A stretch of DNA of 63,053 bases, filler included, from Platydemus manokwari (GCA_037951405.1; 6 parts of 6 records of this genome joined end to end with filler, not necessarily neighbours in it); one strand, 5' to 3'; positions 29,601 to 43,515 are shown, counted from the whole stretch's first letter. The notes: generated by a model from the letters alone, not told the origin. Program-made: numbers and translations.

Positions 29601-30859
29601 AAAATAATAAGTATAGCTTTTTTAAAGTTGTGTTTATTAAGTTTTATTTTATTTTTCCTCAGGGAAAGAAATGGCGAATTGTAATTTTATTACAAACATA
29701 ATGTTATAATCAACCCACATAAAATCCAACCAACCATTAATGCAAAAATTAATCAAATGAATTACCCAGCATTCAATTCGGATTTTAGCTAAATTATTCA
29801 ACAGTTTCGTAAATAGGGAAAAGAATAATTTTAAATCAGCAACATATTTTACCTGATGATAATCGGTATAAATAGGTTCACTAAATTTAAGTTTCGTTTT
29901 TGAGACAGTCAATAAATTTCTGCAAAGCCAGTGACGTTAAGAGAAGATTACTAATTTATATATAAGATCTTTTTAGAGTTGATCATTTTTAAAAGAATCA
30001 CATTTGAGTAGAGTTAAGAAAGATGTAGCAAGGTTTGCTTCTCTTTTCAATGAAAAAGAAACAAATTTTGTTGGATTTTACCAAGACTTTCAGTAGAACT
30101 TGGAAATAATGATAAAATAAATCAATATCAATGGTATGTTTGTAGAAATTTATGGCTAAAAACTTGATTTGATGGCAATTTATCCCCGAGCCACAGTAGC
30201 GAATTGGAAAGGCTTTCTTTTGGAGATATTAGTAATATGGACAAACTGGGATATGATGATACCGCAGAATTAAAGGACTGGACTAGTAAGGAATCTGAAA
30301 ACTCAGACAATTCTCTGGATACATTATTTAAGTAGAGAGGGTGAATTAGGGTGTAGAAGCGAATATTAGTTGATTTGGATAAATTTATATAATTTCAATT
30401 ATTCAAAAGAACGAAATTACTCTCCGGCTTTCAATTACCTTAATTGTTGATGTTTAATAATTTTTGTTTGTATTATCAGTTGTAAAGGATCACATAATTC
30501 CGCGTATAAAGCACAATGACATTTGCTGCGCATTAAGCAATCGAAAGCGATTCGAACAGTTGAGTGTGACAAATCGAAGAATCGTGATAATCCAAATTAA
30601 TTTATTGAAAGTGCTCCAGAGACATACAAATTTCATATTGTTAAATACGAGTTTGAATGAATTCCACACAATTTATTAATCGGATAATTGATAAAGCTAT
30701 ATCGGGGTTATACTTAAAGCGCAGCTGAGTGAATATTTTGCTTATAAGCGCTTAATTTGGGTCTATATTATTATATTCTTAATATCAGTCTCAATACTAT
30801 ACTATAAGCTCATTTGAACATAGAACTAGCTAGTAAATAATTTAACACCGGTGCTTTTG

Positions 30860-30959
30860 NNNNNNNNNNNNNNNNNNNNNNNNNNNNNNNNNNNNNNNNN
30901 NNNTTAATTAATTAANNNNNNNNNNNNNNNNNNNNNNNNNNNNNNNNNNNNNNNNNNNN
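30860..30959. other. Artificial contig-joining spacer
   Basis: N44-TTAATTAATTAA-N44. Confidence 0.98.
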
Positions 30960-31337
30960 ATAAATAGCCATATGATATGTAAATTAAAAATTTATTTGTT
31001 GGAATGAATAATTTAATCAATCATTTTATCGAAATACTTTGCACTTAATAAAACAAATATTTGAATATCAATTGAATTTTGATACTGAGATTTGAATTGC
31101 ACATGGACATATAAATATTGATTTTTTACATACTTTTTTTGATAATGAATAATTTGCCAAGCTTCTAAAAATAATTTACGATTTTAATTCCATAGGTGAA
31201 ATGTAAGGTTATTGTTTTGAGATGGTTAAGTCAACTTTAATAAAGTTTTATATGATCTGTGTTGTCTTAATTCGTTAACTCGATTTTAAGAATGAAATGA
31301 AAACATAATTTATAATCAAACAAGTCCATTTTAGTAT

Positions 31338-31635
31338 CATCACAACTCGATGCACATTAAGTCCATAGATTATAATACCATCACTTATCGATGCCCTAAA
31401 AAAGGTCCAAAATGTTAAATATCATCACTAATCGATGGTCAAAAATAAGAACCAAAATGTGTAATTTCATCATTACTAGATGCGCGAAATTTTTTTAATG
31501 TTTAATATAATCACTATTCGATGTGTGAAAAATGTTGAAATTGTGATTACATTCTTCATTAATCGATGGTCAAAAATTAAAGCCAAATGTGTAATTTCAT
31601 CACTACTCGATGCACGAAAAAAGTTGAAATTGATT
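31338..31635. repeat. Minisatellite: seven CATCACTAATCGATG-like cores at 41-45 bp spacing with a 130-bp higher-order period
   Basis: Cores start at 31338, 31379, 31423, 31468, 31509, 31554, 31598. Confidence 0.85.
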
Positions 31636-33559
31636 GCAAGTAAATAATTATCGATAAAGTTAAGATAAACATTATATATCTCCAAAGTTTAGTGGAAAAT
31701 TATTTCAGTCAATTTTTATATTTTTTGCAAATAATATGATTTCAAAAGTTTAATAACAATAATTACAATTAATTTTATTTCCAAAAAATTTATAAATGAT
31801 AACTAAAAATGAAATTTTGCGTAAAATATTTTGAAAATTATTGTGGTGCTAAATTGCTTATTTTTTCAGATTTTTATTAAGCTATCTAACGGTAGTGGAC
31901 ATGAAAATGTAGTGCCAGACACATACCAGTATACTGACAGAAGGCACATCTCATTATTTTTAATTATAAAAAAATATAGTTAATAAAATTTTAATTTAAT
32001 TTCATAAATTATTCCATGCTATTTTTAAGTGGTTTTAAATGTGTTTTAAAAAGAAAAAACCAAATGAGAAATTTTCCCTAATTTTCAATGAATTTTTTCA
32101 TGAAACATTTGTTCAATTTGCAAATGTTGATAAAATTGAAAATAATATGAAAGGTTTTTACGCAATTTTTCATTGATAAAACTCATAAGGTCAATAATCT
32201 TGACGATTTTTTGTTTTATTTTGAATACTATCATTTGTTGGTTTCCTGTATCAATGATATCCTTATTGTAGATGAAATCTTGAAAGAAATTAAAGAAAAA
32301 TGGAAAGAATATAGTGTGTTTTGGGAATTTTTACAATCGATTCAATGATGATGGTGTTCGTGCTACTTACAATTTTCAGAAGCTTTAATTTTTGCCTGTA
32401 ATTATATATGCTCTTGATGCTCTTGAATTCGTGATGATGATATTGTCATTGATGAAATGTAATAAAATTCCCACATTGTCTTGATGTATCATTATTTAAA
32501 TGTCAGTAATATTTTTGTTTTCTTAATTGACAAGATGTGACTGTGAACCTTATCTATATTTTTGTTTCATTTAATCAAGTTCACAATTTTTAAAAATGCT
32601 ACAATTTGTATTGTTTGAAAATATTAAGTTTTATTTAAAATTGTTATTTTGAAGGTTGCTTTTGTAATGTTGCTTTTTTAATTTAAAAAAATAGTGTGGG
32701 TGAACTTAATCTTAAGAATTTCACTATAACATGAGATGGTCTAGTAGTTATGTGAAGGAAGTGGGAAATTATTCAAAAGAAGTAATATTTGGAGAAATTG
32801 GGGTATGATATTAATTATAATTATTAACCATTAAAATGTGAGACTAAATGCGGTTTTTGTGCAAAACAATCTCCATGTGGCTTTGAAGCCGTTATATAAG
32901 TTGATTGAAATATATTTACATCTATAATTATGATTTTCACGAATATTTTCTATTTGTTTTGTTGAATTAATCAATAAAGAAAGATGGTTGTTAAAGCAGA
33001 GAACACTGGTATCTTTTAATAGTAAAGTGGCAAATATAAAGCTGTTCGGCATTATTATATAGATACTGAGACGGAAAAATTGATAATTGAAGTTCATTTG
33101 CCATTTCTTTTACAGAAAAGTTCCATTTGATTCTATTTATATAATTGGTTTTATAGTAACTCAATCTTGAAGTAAAAAATGGATGAGCACAAGGACAAGA
33201 ACAATGTTACTCCTATGATAATTTTCAAAATTTGGCAAGATTGTGTTTCTCAGAACGAAAATAATTTCAACAACCAATTCTTAAAAAGAAAGTTGATTGT
33301 AAGGATTCTGAGAATAGTGTAAATATAACATTCCCAGCAAATTAATTGAAATTTGGAAGCAGAATTAACAGTTTTGAGACACAAAGTGGATAGTTGGATC
33401 GACACACTCAAAATATATCACAAAAATTCAAGATACATTTAAATGAAAAATTTTAAAAAGAGGAAAATTAAAATACTGGGAAAATAAATTGTGTAATTGT
33501 ATGACTAGTTTTGTAGAAAGCTCATGGCAACTTTGGAATATTATGAACAAAAGTACTAA

Positions 33560-34520
33560 GGTTTCAATGGGAGTCTTGGACTCAATTGTGTTGTCACTAC
33601 AGGTTTAGCACTTCCTGGTCTTGGGTAGAAATAACCTTTTACCACTGAATTTAAATTGACCAGATTTAAATTGCCATCGAATCGTTACTGCAGTGGAATC
33701 GATAGTCCCCGTACTCAACCATTGCATTGATGACCTTTATGGGACGACCTATAAACATAATGCAGTGGTTGCAATTTTGGCTATAAGGATTATTGTTTTA
33801 GAATATAATGTCAACATCCACTGCTCGCCAACTAAGGTGAAGACCTCTTTACGTCCTGACTTAAAAATCCGAACTTCGGGATTCTGGAATTGTAGGCTCA
33901 TGGTTTCGAAAGTCCTCTCGCAAGTGTATTGTATGGTTGTTATGTGCCGTCGTTTGTGCTCATATGTAATTGCTTGATATGTGTTTTGGCAAATAGAGTT
34001 TTCCTTTCCTTGTGCGTTTAGATGGCTCTTCCTCTTCGATGTCGAAATTTAGGAGTTCGGTGTGTTGATGTGGATGGTCTCTTTGCCATCTGTACCATGG
34101 TCACTGTAGTGGCCTCTCGATCTCACAGTCCATTGGGTCGTTATCAAGTTCACTGGCAGTAACTTGTGATTGTGTGTCAATAGAATGGATTTGTATGATT
34201 CTACTAATTTTGGGAATTTTTCCGTGTCCACTAGCATAGTTTTGTCTGTGTTATGATTTGTTATTGCTTCTTTCGGCAGGAAGTGATCTCACCATTGATC
34301 TTCATTTTGCAGGTAAAAGGCTCGAATTTCCTCGGCCACCCGTGAAGTTCTTAGTTTGTGCAACTTTCCCAGTGTGTAGTTTGGTATTACATTTCTAAGT
34401 ATTTTTGAGAACTTTAGCTGGCTGGCTTGTACTAGACCTTAATTCTCAAAACACTTTGCAAGGTCTCTAATACCTAGAAGGCGTAATGATTGAATTTTTA
34501 ATGTTACTAGCATGTCTGCT
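33560..34520 (-). mobile_element. Decayed LTR-retrotransposon pol remnant (probable Gypsy RNase H-integrase)
   Basis: GC-richer island; minus-strand fragments SLRLLG, NYAS, GKLYLPKH...AHNNHTIHL (integrase HHCC-like start) and WRAVDVDI; heavily interrupted. Confidence 0.4.
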
Positions 34521-35189
34521 ACTTTATAGTCGACTAAAATATGTTTGTTAGAAGCTCTCTAGACGTCATGTCTAAATTTAGCAACAGCTTAATGTTTTTA
34601 GCCACTTGAGTTACTAAATTGACCTATACTATTTTTAGTACTGACGTGGTTACTAAAAATAAATTTTGAAAAATTTCTTTCTTTTGACCTTTGGTTTTAT
34701 CTGGGGGACCTTGAATTTGTTCAAACAAAAGAATTTGTTATAAAAAACCAAAATTTTTGTTTTATTTATTTTTAAATAATTTAATGTGAAAATTTTTGAA
34801 TTTTTTTCATTTTATTTTTTCTATCTAGTCTAAGAATTTTTAAAATTTAATTTTTTTTATTTTTATATATATTTATGGTTATGTCATAGTTTAATGAGTC
34901 GGGTAAGGTTGGATTCCACAATTTCACAAAAATTAATGTAATGATCTCACTACTGATAAATTGGTATTTAAATTATGTTGGTAATCGCGAAAATTCTAAT
35001 ATGACAAGTGTTATCTACCTATCGGCTTTATAATATCGTCTGAGCTTCATAAAATTAAGGTTTGTAGTGATCTGAACCTCAAAAATACATAATTTACTTT
35101 GTTTCCCCTTTGATAAAATTGTATCAATTAATTCTTCTTTTTATTTGGTTTGGAAGATTAATTTTCCACATTTCGATACACAGTACGTT

Positions 35190-35700
35190 TTGATGAATTG
35201 CATTTTATTCTCATTTCGAAGAAAGTCTTCAACCTAACCTCTCAGGAATTGACAAAATTTTAAAATTTCCGGTTCCAAAAGATGAAGTTGCTGCCTGATT
35301 ATTTATGGAATTAGAAAGTTATTATAGAAAGTTTATAAAAAATTCTGTCAAAGCAAATCATTTTTAAGAAAAACATAATATTGTGGTGGAAGACGAAACA
35401 GCAGCAAGTATTTCAAAAGCAATCTTATATTATGACATCAAAATATGAAGAAACCTTTTATTGTAATAATGGATGTTAGTGAATTTATTTTCAAATCAGT
35501 TTTAGGTCAAAAATGGAGAAAACGTTCATGATATAGCATATAGCAGAAAATCGTTTAAGAAACGAGAAAAGAATTGCTCAACAATCGTAGAAGAAGCTCT
35601 ATCTATCTTCTTTGCAGTCGCTCATTTTGGTCAATATTTATTGCACACCGAATCACAATCAATTGAAATAGCTTAGAAATCATAGAGATGTTGCGAGTAG
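35190..35700 (+). mobile_element. Gypsy RT-thumb/RNase H remnant
   Basis: IDKILKFPVPK..., KKPFIVIMDVSEF...SVLGQ, IAYSRK...REKNCSTIVEEALSIFFAVAHFGQYLL. Confidence 0.7.
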
Positions 35701-36019
35701 GTTAATTATATGGATAAAGACATTGCAGTAATATATAGAAAATGGTTACAGATCAGTGGAATAAGTGGAAAACCTTGTCGAAAATTAAAAAAATGCAAAG
35801 CTGCAAATCACCTACAGAGCAATAAAAGATCACTCAGGCATGACTCAGTTAAAAGAAGACAAGTAGATAAAAACAAGATAAGTACATTCAAGACACTACA
35901 ATTAGTTTCGGATAACTCAGCGGTAGTTATTATAGAGAAATATATGTGATTCTTCTTAAGCTAAATGATATCACTTAGAAGTTTAATTTTCAAATTCAGT
36001 AAATTCATGTGTTTATAGA

Positions 36020-36560
36020 TTGTTTAGTTTTTGCAAAGATTTTCTCTTCAGTCGATCTCGGACAAGCGTTCTACAAAGTTGAGATTGCAGAAAATTCATA
36101 GAATGTAGCTGCTTTCAGCATAAAGATGAACAACCAACTTTGCATAAAATGATGCATTGTTTATTTGATGATTTGTTATTCAAAATGATTGTTGTTTACC
36201 CCGATGACATAGTGATATATACCAAATCAAAAGAAGAACATGCATCTATGTTAAAAAGGATTTGAGCGAATTCATATAAATGTCTTTCAATTAAATTAAA
36301 TTTTTTGGTCACGTTTTAATCAAAGATAGAGTGAACACAAAATTGATAAAACTATTTAAATCATAAACGCTCAAGAACCACAATGTACATCAGAGTTAGA
36401 ATCATTTCTGGATCTTACAAATTACTACTGAAGATTCATCAAGAGATATTCACAGTGCGATATCTGAGAATTATAAACTTCATATTGGACCAAACATGCA
36501 GAGAAAGTTAAATGAAATTGAAGACAGTCAGATTACAAAAGACAAGTCGAAAATAGTTTT
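36020..36560 (+). mobile_element. Gypsy RT palm remnant (separate fragment)
   Basis: AKIFSSVDLGQAFYKVEI, LFDDLLFKMIVVYPDDIVIYTKSKEEH (YxDD), ESFLDLTNYY*RFIKRYS. Confidence 0.75.
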
Positions 36561-37949
36561 TGCTTGTGAATAGCGGTTGGTAAAAAGCTACGTAAAGGGC
36601 TTCTGTTTTACATGGAAAAGAACCTTTGGTCATTAAGGAATTCATTGTACCTTTTATACAATGTCCCACTTTTGTCCCACAATTCGTCAAGTTTATATAT
36701 AAAGTGATAAGTCACTTTGAAAGTAAATAGATAGAAAGATTGCTAGATAGGGTACCATAACTTAATAGTTATGAAAAAATAAATATTCCATTCGGAATTA
36801 ATGTTTTGAACGTATACAAATAATGCAAAATTCACTTCACCGTAAAATTTATAAATTCCATACAAATGGGATTGAGATTTTTCCGACAGTGTCGTGCATT
36901 TATACGATATTTTGCTACATTTATTGCCCTAATAATATGAACATTTTTCTTTGGCTCTTGAAATAGGATAATTACTCCAAGTAATCAAATATCATTTGAT
37001 GTACCTCTCTATTTTTCATTAATTGCGTGATATTTCTAAAATTTAATGGATCAATTATTTTTCATTTTTTTAAACATTATAATTATCTTTATTTTATATA
37101 TCATATAAGAAAATATGAACGACTTATCTTTTTTACATTATCATACGATGATCGACAGTGCTTAGAAAATTATAGTTTTGTAACCCAAACGAAAAATATT
37201 TAGACAAAAGGAAGAACAGATTAAAAAACATTCTCCATCCCACTGAACTCTACAATAGGCTATGCTCGTTAAGCCTTATATTGAATCAGATTATAAATAT
37301 GAACTGAGTAATTAAGTAATTTTTGTAATTACATTAATTAAAAATGTCTATATAGACATCAATTAAATTATGTATTAATTTAATCTTCGATTTGCAATTT
37401 TTAATTTGATGTTTTTTAAAACGTAATCAATATTCTATATTCCTATATTTTGCTTTTCCGACCTTTTAATTAATATTTGAGGTAATATTTAGATATTTAT
37501 TTTTGAATTTAAAATGTTATTTAAAATGTATTATTATCATAATCAAGGCAAATAGATATATACTTATTTTAGAACAAAATCAAAAGCTTAATTAGAACAA
37601 TAATTGGATATTCATGAGTACATAATTACGCTAATTATCTTTCTCGTGATTAATAGGGATTTTTGCGCTTTTCTTGACTTTCAATGGCATTTGTTTGATT
37701 TGAGCATATCATTCTCATAAAACGTGCTCTGAAAAAATAATATGCGAAATATGATACTAGTCTTCGTTTCTGTACAGAAAATCTACAGAGAAAGACTGAT
37801 ATCGCATTATTATTATCAATCCAAAGCAATTTATAGAAGAAAATTAATCTTATATTATTGTGGTTTCAAATGAATTTTTAGGAAAATTTAAAATTTTAAA
37901 ATAATAAATGTATTCTTAAATACTATTTCAGCATTAGACATTGGGATTT

Positions 37950-38890
37950 TTAGACTTGTGAGAATTCATTCATGAGATCACGGGGAATTATGATCAAGCG
38001 TCATGAATTATTCATAAGCAATAAAGAAAAATCGTCTTTAAATCTCCAGTGGCTATCCTATCAGCAGTGTTGAGTCAAAATGTTATTTAAATAAAATAGA
38101 TAGATGAATTGAGAAAAGGGAATTCAAGACAAATTTAAAAAGCGGAATGAATGCAATGGAGTTCCAAAGGAAATGCTACGAGATTTGTGAACTTCAATAA
38201 TAAATAAGTACTAGAGATAAACTAGAAAGAAGTAAAGATGTAATAATTCCTGAACTTGACGAATATGATTCGAAGAAAGAGAGCACAATAATAAAAATTT
38301 GAATGGTAAAAAATTAGACTTGGATATAATTGTACTAAAATATATTTTTGTACTAAATATATTTGGAATAACATGCATAATAGGAAGGTGAGGGATATTT
38401 AGAGATCAAGTCAAAATGCTAAATTTCCATAAACAATGTTAGGATTGAAACACGATTGAAAGGCAAGATCTGTAACGATGAATTTGAAATCAAATAATGC
38501 TTTAATGGTTATGAATCAATTCTAATGACAACCAAGTTTGAGATTGAAATTACAAAATTGATCAAACATTAGATTTAATCAAAAAGAGTCTGATTTCATA
38601 GAATACATTATATTTAAAAGCAGATGTTGAATAATAAATTGGAAAACTATTGAGAAACAGAATTATTTTATATTGTAGAATAATAGATTTTGCCAATGTT
38701 TGTGGTTCAAAAAATAGATCTATAATAATTGAGAAGTCTGTTTAAAACATTTAAAAATAAACTGAAAAACTTGATTGTTCTGGAATATTGTAGAGGATTT
38801 CTCAACAATCGATTTGAACAAATATTCTCTTAAGTAAAATGGACGAAGATGAACACTTGAAGCCGACGTTAAGGTTAAGGATAACATGTA
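37950..38890 (+). mobile_element. Very decayed Gypsy-like gag/pol remnant
   Basis: Purine-rich pseudo-coding stretch ending in the RT-like FSTIDL motif (~38800); extent uncertain. Confidence 0.35.
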
Positions 38891-39278
38891 GAAGGGCATA
38901 ATTGTTATCTCACAATTTTAATATTAAAGAATTATTAAAATACGCAATTGAATAAATAAATTTCTTCATTTACTCTAGGAAAAATATCTTTGGTCAAAAA
39001 CATAAACATTTTTTGTGAATAATGTCAATGAAACATCAATTTTAAGTTAAAACATAAACTAGAATTGAAAATAGAATCTATATAATATCATCTTTATATA
39101 ATTACAAACAAGTGATTTCAAACTATCAAATAAATTTTCAAAAAATTAAAAATATTATTTTCTATTTCATTCGCAAGAAATTTTTAATGCTTACACTGAA
39201 AAAAAATATCAAAATAAAACATATTCACATGTAACTATTCGTTGAAAATTCTAAATAAAGTTTTTGAAGAATTATCAT

Positions 39279-40376
39279 TTATAGCATTTTCGTTTCATCA
39301 CATGATTCGTTGTCATTTCTTAGATTATCTGGATTGACAATTGCCTTTTGATTTTCATTGGTATTGGGTTTTATAAATCGAATTTCCAGTGATTTCTTAC
39401 AACAGATAACAGATCGAAGCGTGTTTCTAAATTGCTTGGACATGATACAGTAAATGACGAAATTACATGGATATGAAATAAGAACAACTAAATCGCAAAT
39501 TGTTATCAACATTGTAAATAAAGGATCGTTCAACTGAAATCTAAATGTTTTTCCAACTGTATATGCCGCTATTGTGGCACCGGTTGGTACTTCGACAATC
39601 AGAAATAATATCAACACAACTAACAACATTTTAGAAATTGAGTTGGACAAAGAATCAGATCGGTGAGATGACATCGCCTTTTTGGAGGACTTTTGAATCA
39701 ATCGACTATGATTTCTTTGTGCTTGACCAACGGCTCGGATTAGGAAAACAGTGAAGATTGATAAAACAAAACATGGTAAAACATTAATAAGACAAATTCT
39801 TAACCAATAGTAAATCACCAGTATGTCATCGTTAATATAGAAACACTTGATCACAAAACCTTCTGAAACAGAGCTAAAATGAGCCATGAAAGTAATGCAG
39901 TGGCAAAGTGTACTTGTTATGAACACAATGTAAATACACCATTTTGCAGACTTTATTGACCAGAAATGATGAATAACAAGTGGAATTCTAATATAATAAT
40001 ATCTTTGAATAGCTAATATCAATGTAAGCCAATTTGCTGCTGTATGGAATATAGTCGGTAAAACCACTGTTAGATAGTGATTTATGAAAGCTTTAAATGC
40101 AGTAATTGAATTGACAAAATCTGAATCAAGTTTCGCCAAATACATTGGTAATGGTATGAGTCCAGTAAGTAAATTTGCTATAGCCATTCCAAGGAGAATG
40201 ATATTTGTAGGGGAAATCATGTGCGGTTTCGTAAGCACAATGCATACTATGATATTCGTAATAAATGTTATAATTATTGCGATTGGTGAAATCTGACTTT
40301 TAATTAAGTATTCAAATCCGTTTTGGTTCAATGATGCAGGACTGCAATTTGATTCATTAATCGTAGAATTCGTCAT
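39279..40376 (-). CDS. Class A (rhodopsin-like) peptide GPCR, sex-peptide/MIP-receptor-like, intronless, 365 aa
   Basis: Seven hydrophobic helices and N-terminal NxS/T sequons. TM1-2 TNIIVCIVLTKPHMISPTNIILLGMAIANLL; TM3 FHTAANWLTLILAIQRY (QRY in place of DRY); TM6 FLIVEVP; TM7 SYPCNFVIYCIMSKQFR. These match SPR/myosuppressin/FMRFamide-type receptors. Confidence 0.93.
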   Translation of the reverse strand: MTNSTINESNCSPASLNQNGFEYLIKSQISPIAIIITFITNIIVCIVLTKPHMISPTNIILLGMAIANLLTGLIPLPMYLAKLDSDFVNSITAFKAFINHYLTVVLPTIFHTAANWLTLILAIQRYYYIRIPLVIHHFWSIKSAKWCIYIVFITSTLCHCITFMAHFSSVSEGFVIKCFYINDDILVIYYWLRICLINVLPCFVLSIFTVFLIRAVGQAQRNHSRLIQKSSKKAMSSHRSDSLSNSISKMLLVVLILFLIVEVPTGATIAAYTVGKTFRFQLNDPLFTMLITICDLVVLISYPCNFVIYCIMSKQFRNTLRSVICCKKSLEIRFIKPNTNENQKAIVNPDNLRNDNESCDETKML

Positions 40377-41817
40377 GGATATTTTAGATCATTTAAATTC
40401 TGTAATCATATATGGGAGATAAAAATAATGCAAGACATTCGTTTGATTTAAAATTTATCAAAAGACACTTTTTGCAATTACTTTATATCAGCGCTTTCTG
40501 TCTGCACTATTTCATCAATATTTTTAAACGATGGATTTTAATTTGCTTTTCTGTACTGATATTTTGCAATTAAATTAAACAAATAAAAATTAATGAATCG
40601 AATCAAAGTTTACCAATCTATTTGATTGAGTTACATTATTTACTTTCAAATATTTTTAAAAAGCAAAATTTAATTGAACAATTAATGAAATGATAAGAGT
40701 TAATCAATCAAAATTTGAAAATATTTTTGGTTGTGAAATTGATTATTACAATTTTCTGACATGTTAAAATGCGAAATTTGATACAAAAAAATCTGTTTTA
40801 ATAAATCTCCTTGAGGTAATATCAAATAACAATATCAATTAATCAGAAATATTATCAATTTAATTGTCGATTTTGTATTCATAAGGAAATCCTACATAAA
40901 ACCAATTATAAATATTATACTCTTAAAACACATTTGTCGTTTTAATGTACAATGCTTTTTTCATAACTCAGTAGTTTAAAAGTTTAGAATTAACTTTATT
41001 CCCAAAGTTTAAAATTTTACCCGAAACCTTGGTTTTTTAATGCAAAAATAATGTTTTTGAAGTAATTTTAAATTGAATATATTGATTACTTTTTAATTCA
41101 TAACCAATGATACTATTATTATATTTAAAATTTTATATTCCATTAGTACAAAAATTTCAGGTGAAAATGTGTATAATAATATGATATTGAAATATCCTGC
41201 TTAACATTTTTATTGATCGATATTTAAACTAAATATCTTAGATAAGACTGTGTCAAAATTATTATGTTAATCATACATATTTTGATGAGTGTAAAAAACA
41301 TTTTAAGATTACCGTCAGTACTATCAATGAAGAATATGCAAATAAAAACCTAATAAAATTAAAATCCCACAAAATAAATTTAAACAGAATCAAAGAATTT
41401 AATGATAATTTCAAAATTAATTAGATGTATAAAATAAAGTAGATTTATAAAAGAAGTACGAAGAAAACTCTAATTATTGTTATAGCTTATTAATAAACCA
41501 AATTATCAATAATAGATATCAGATAGATAGTTGAAAGGAATTTTCTTGATTAATATGGGTTTGAAATAATTTAAATAAATTTAAATATTTTCTTGAACAC
41601 AAAAAAATAGATAATTTTCAACCAAAAAACTATCGAAAAATTTCTATTTTAATTATTAAGTATTGATAATAATTTTTTATCAGTTTTAAATGAATTATTC
41701 CGATAATTTTGACATAAATACATGAATATTAATGTTGTACATCATGTTATATTTATTTATTATTTAATTTTCATTCTATCAATTAATATTTATGGAAAAA
41801 TATCAAACAAATAGTAC

Positions 41818-42057
41818 TTTTTCACCCAAATAATTGAACAGCATACGGATAACTGAAGCTCCCTTTGAATAGGAGATTGTGTCAAAAATTTCTGAAATTT
41901 CTGCAGGACTTTTAACTTCCACCTAAAGACCATATAAAACCAATTCATTTATGGATATTTTTCAAAAGTCACACAAAATACAAACTTCAATTGGATGAGT
42001 AAAAATCATGGAATCCAAATGCATTGTTCCTAAATACTCGTTGACCACAAATCGATT
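41818..42057 (-). CDS. Two internal exons (42057-41986, 41922-41818) of an M1-family aminopeptidase (puromycin-sensitive/aminopeptidase N-like)
   Basis: [24 protein letters not shown]|[35 protein letters not shown] contains the M1 signature HPI...[18 protein letters not shown]. Canonical AG/GT boundaries, phase 0, 63-nt intron. Other exons not found. Confidence 0.85.
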
Positions 42058-43415
42058 CTGCAAACCCATTAAAATATTATATCCATTTATTAATTATTAT
42101 AAAATATTTGTTGTTCATAATTTTATAAAATTAGCATCAATCATATTTATGATTTATATTAACTGGATTGTTGGTATTTATTTTTATTCTAGTTAATAAC
42201 CTTATTATAAACAAATGAATATTAAGAATATGATCAATTTCGTGGTTCATTTGAAGTTTAGTCATATTTTTTTTTATTTAAAAATAACAGAAAATTCAAC
42301 AACATTGCCCTTCGTCAAACAAAGCCATAAATTTAGGTAGAAGTAAAAGCAATTACCCGTCGTTATAGAGAATAAATATCGTTCTAACTCTGTACAAATA
42401 ATTGGATCAAATAAATTAAAATGAGTTGTAACTTGATATATCAATTGTTTATAATACAATTTTTTGATATAAAACTTAGGATAACTTATCGAGCAATTCA
42501 TAACACAATAATTTAATATAAATAATGAGCTTTTCATTGAATAGCTAAATCATCAATGTTATCAATATTACTTAGAATTTTAGAGATCTTTGTTCAGGTG
42601 TTCTTTGAAATATAGTCAGTAGAACACACTATATTTTCTACAACAGACAAACTTCTCTAAAACAAATTATAGCCAGGTCAGAATAAATATACAACAGAAG
42701 TTCCGCGAATATTCTTGTTATAGTAATAAAATATTATTAATAAGAAAATTCACATCAATCATAATTTATTGGGAAGTACCAAATCCAATAGACCAATTAA
42801 ATCAGTCTGATTAGTGTTTCGAAACGCATCATTTTTATCTTCCATTTATTTAATCCTTGCCAAACTATATGAAAAATAAAATTAAGATTATTTTACAAAT
42901 TATATCTATTCATTTTATCATAACTTCATTAGTGCACGAGTACTTTAGGGTTCGGTCCAAAAAGATTGATAATGTCTTTGTTAGTAGCTAACACTTCTTT
43001 ATATTTCATGTTTAATTCAGAAGACATAATTTTATCACACCAAATTATATATATTACAATCTTTTCGAACAAATTTCCGAACATTCTTTAAAAATTAAAA
43101 TTAAAATGCACACATTTCAATTTTAAATTTTAAAAATGATTTTTCAACATATATTTTTTGAGAGGTTACGGTAATGGTTTGAGCAAGATAAATACAAATA
43201 TTAAATATTTTTTAATATAATCAATTACAGATATTTTTTTTAATTATTAATCGTAATCTTATCTAAATTATAAACTCCACAGTCTTCATTTTGACTACAT
43301 GTTAAAAAGCGAATTTATCAATGTGAACATTACTTACTATATTCATCCAGTGTTCACCAAAATCATACGAATTATATACTCTGAACATACCGTTTAGAAA
43401 CCCAAATTTTTTGAT

Positions 43416-43515
43416 NNNNNNNNNNNNNNNNNNNNNNNNNNNNNNNNNNNNNNNNNNNNTTAATTAATTAANNNNNNNNNNNNNNNNNNNNNNNNNNNNN
43501 NNNNNNNNNNNNNNN
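43416..43515. other. Artificial contig-joining spacer
   Basis: N44-TTAATTAATTAA-N44. Confidence 0.98.

Noticed and set aside
31338-31635. CRISPR array
   Set aside because: Eukaryotic context, no cas genes, short degenerate cores, and spacers homologous to each other
40084-40296. Plus-strand ORF inside the GPCR, and similar antisense or alternate-frame ORFs within the retrotransposons
   Set aside because: Shadow ORFs of genuine coding frames
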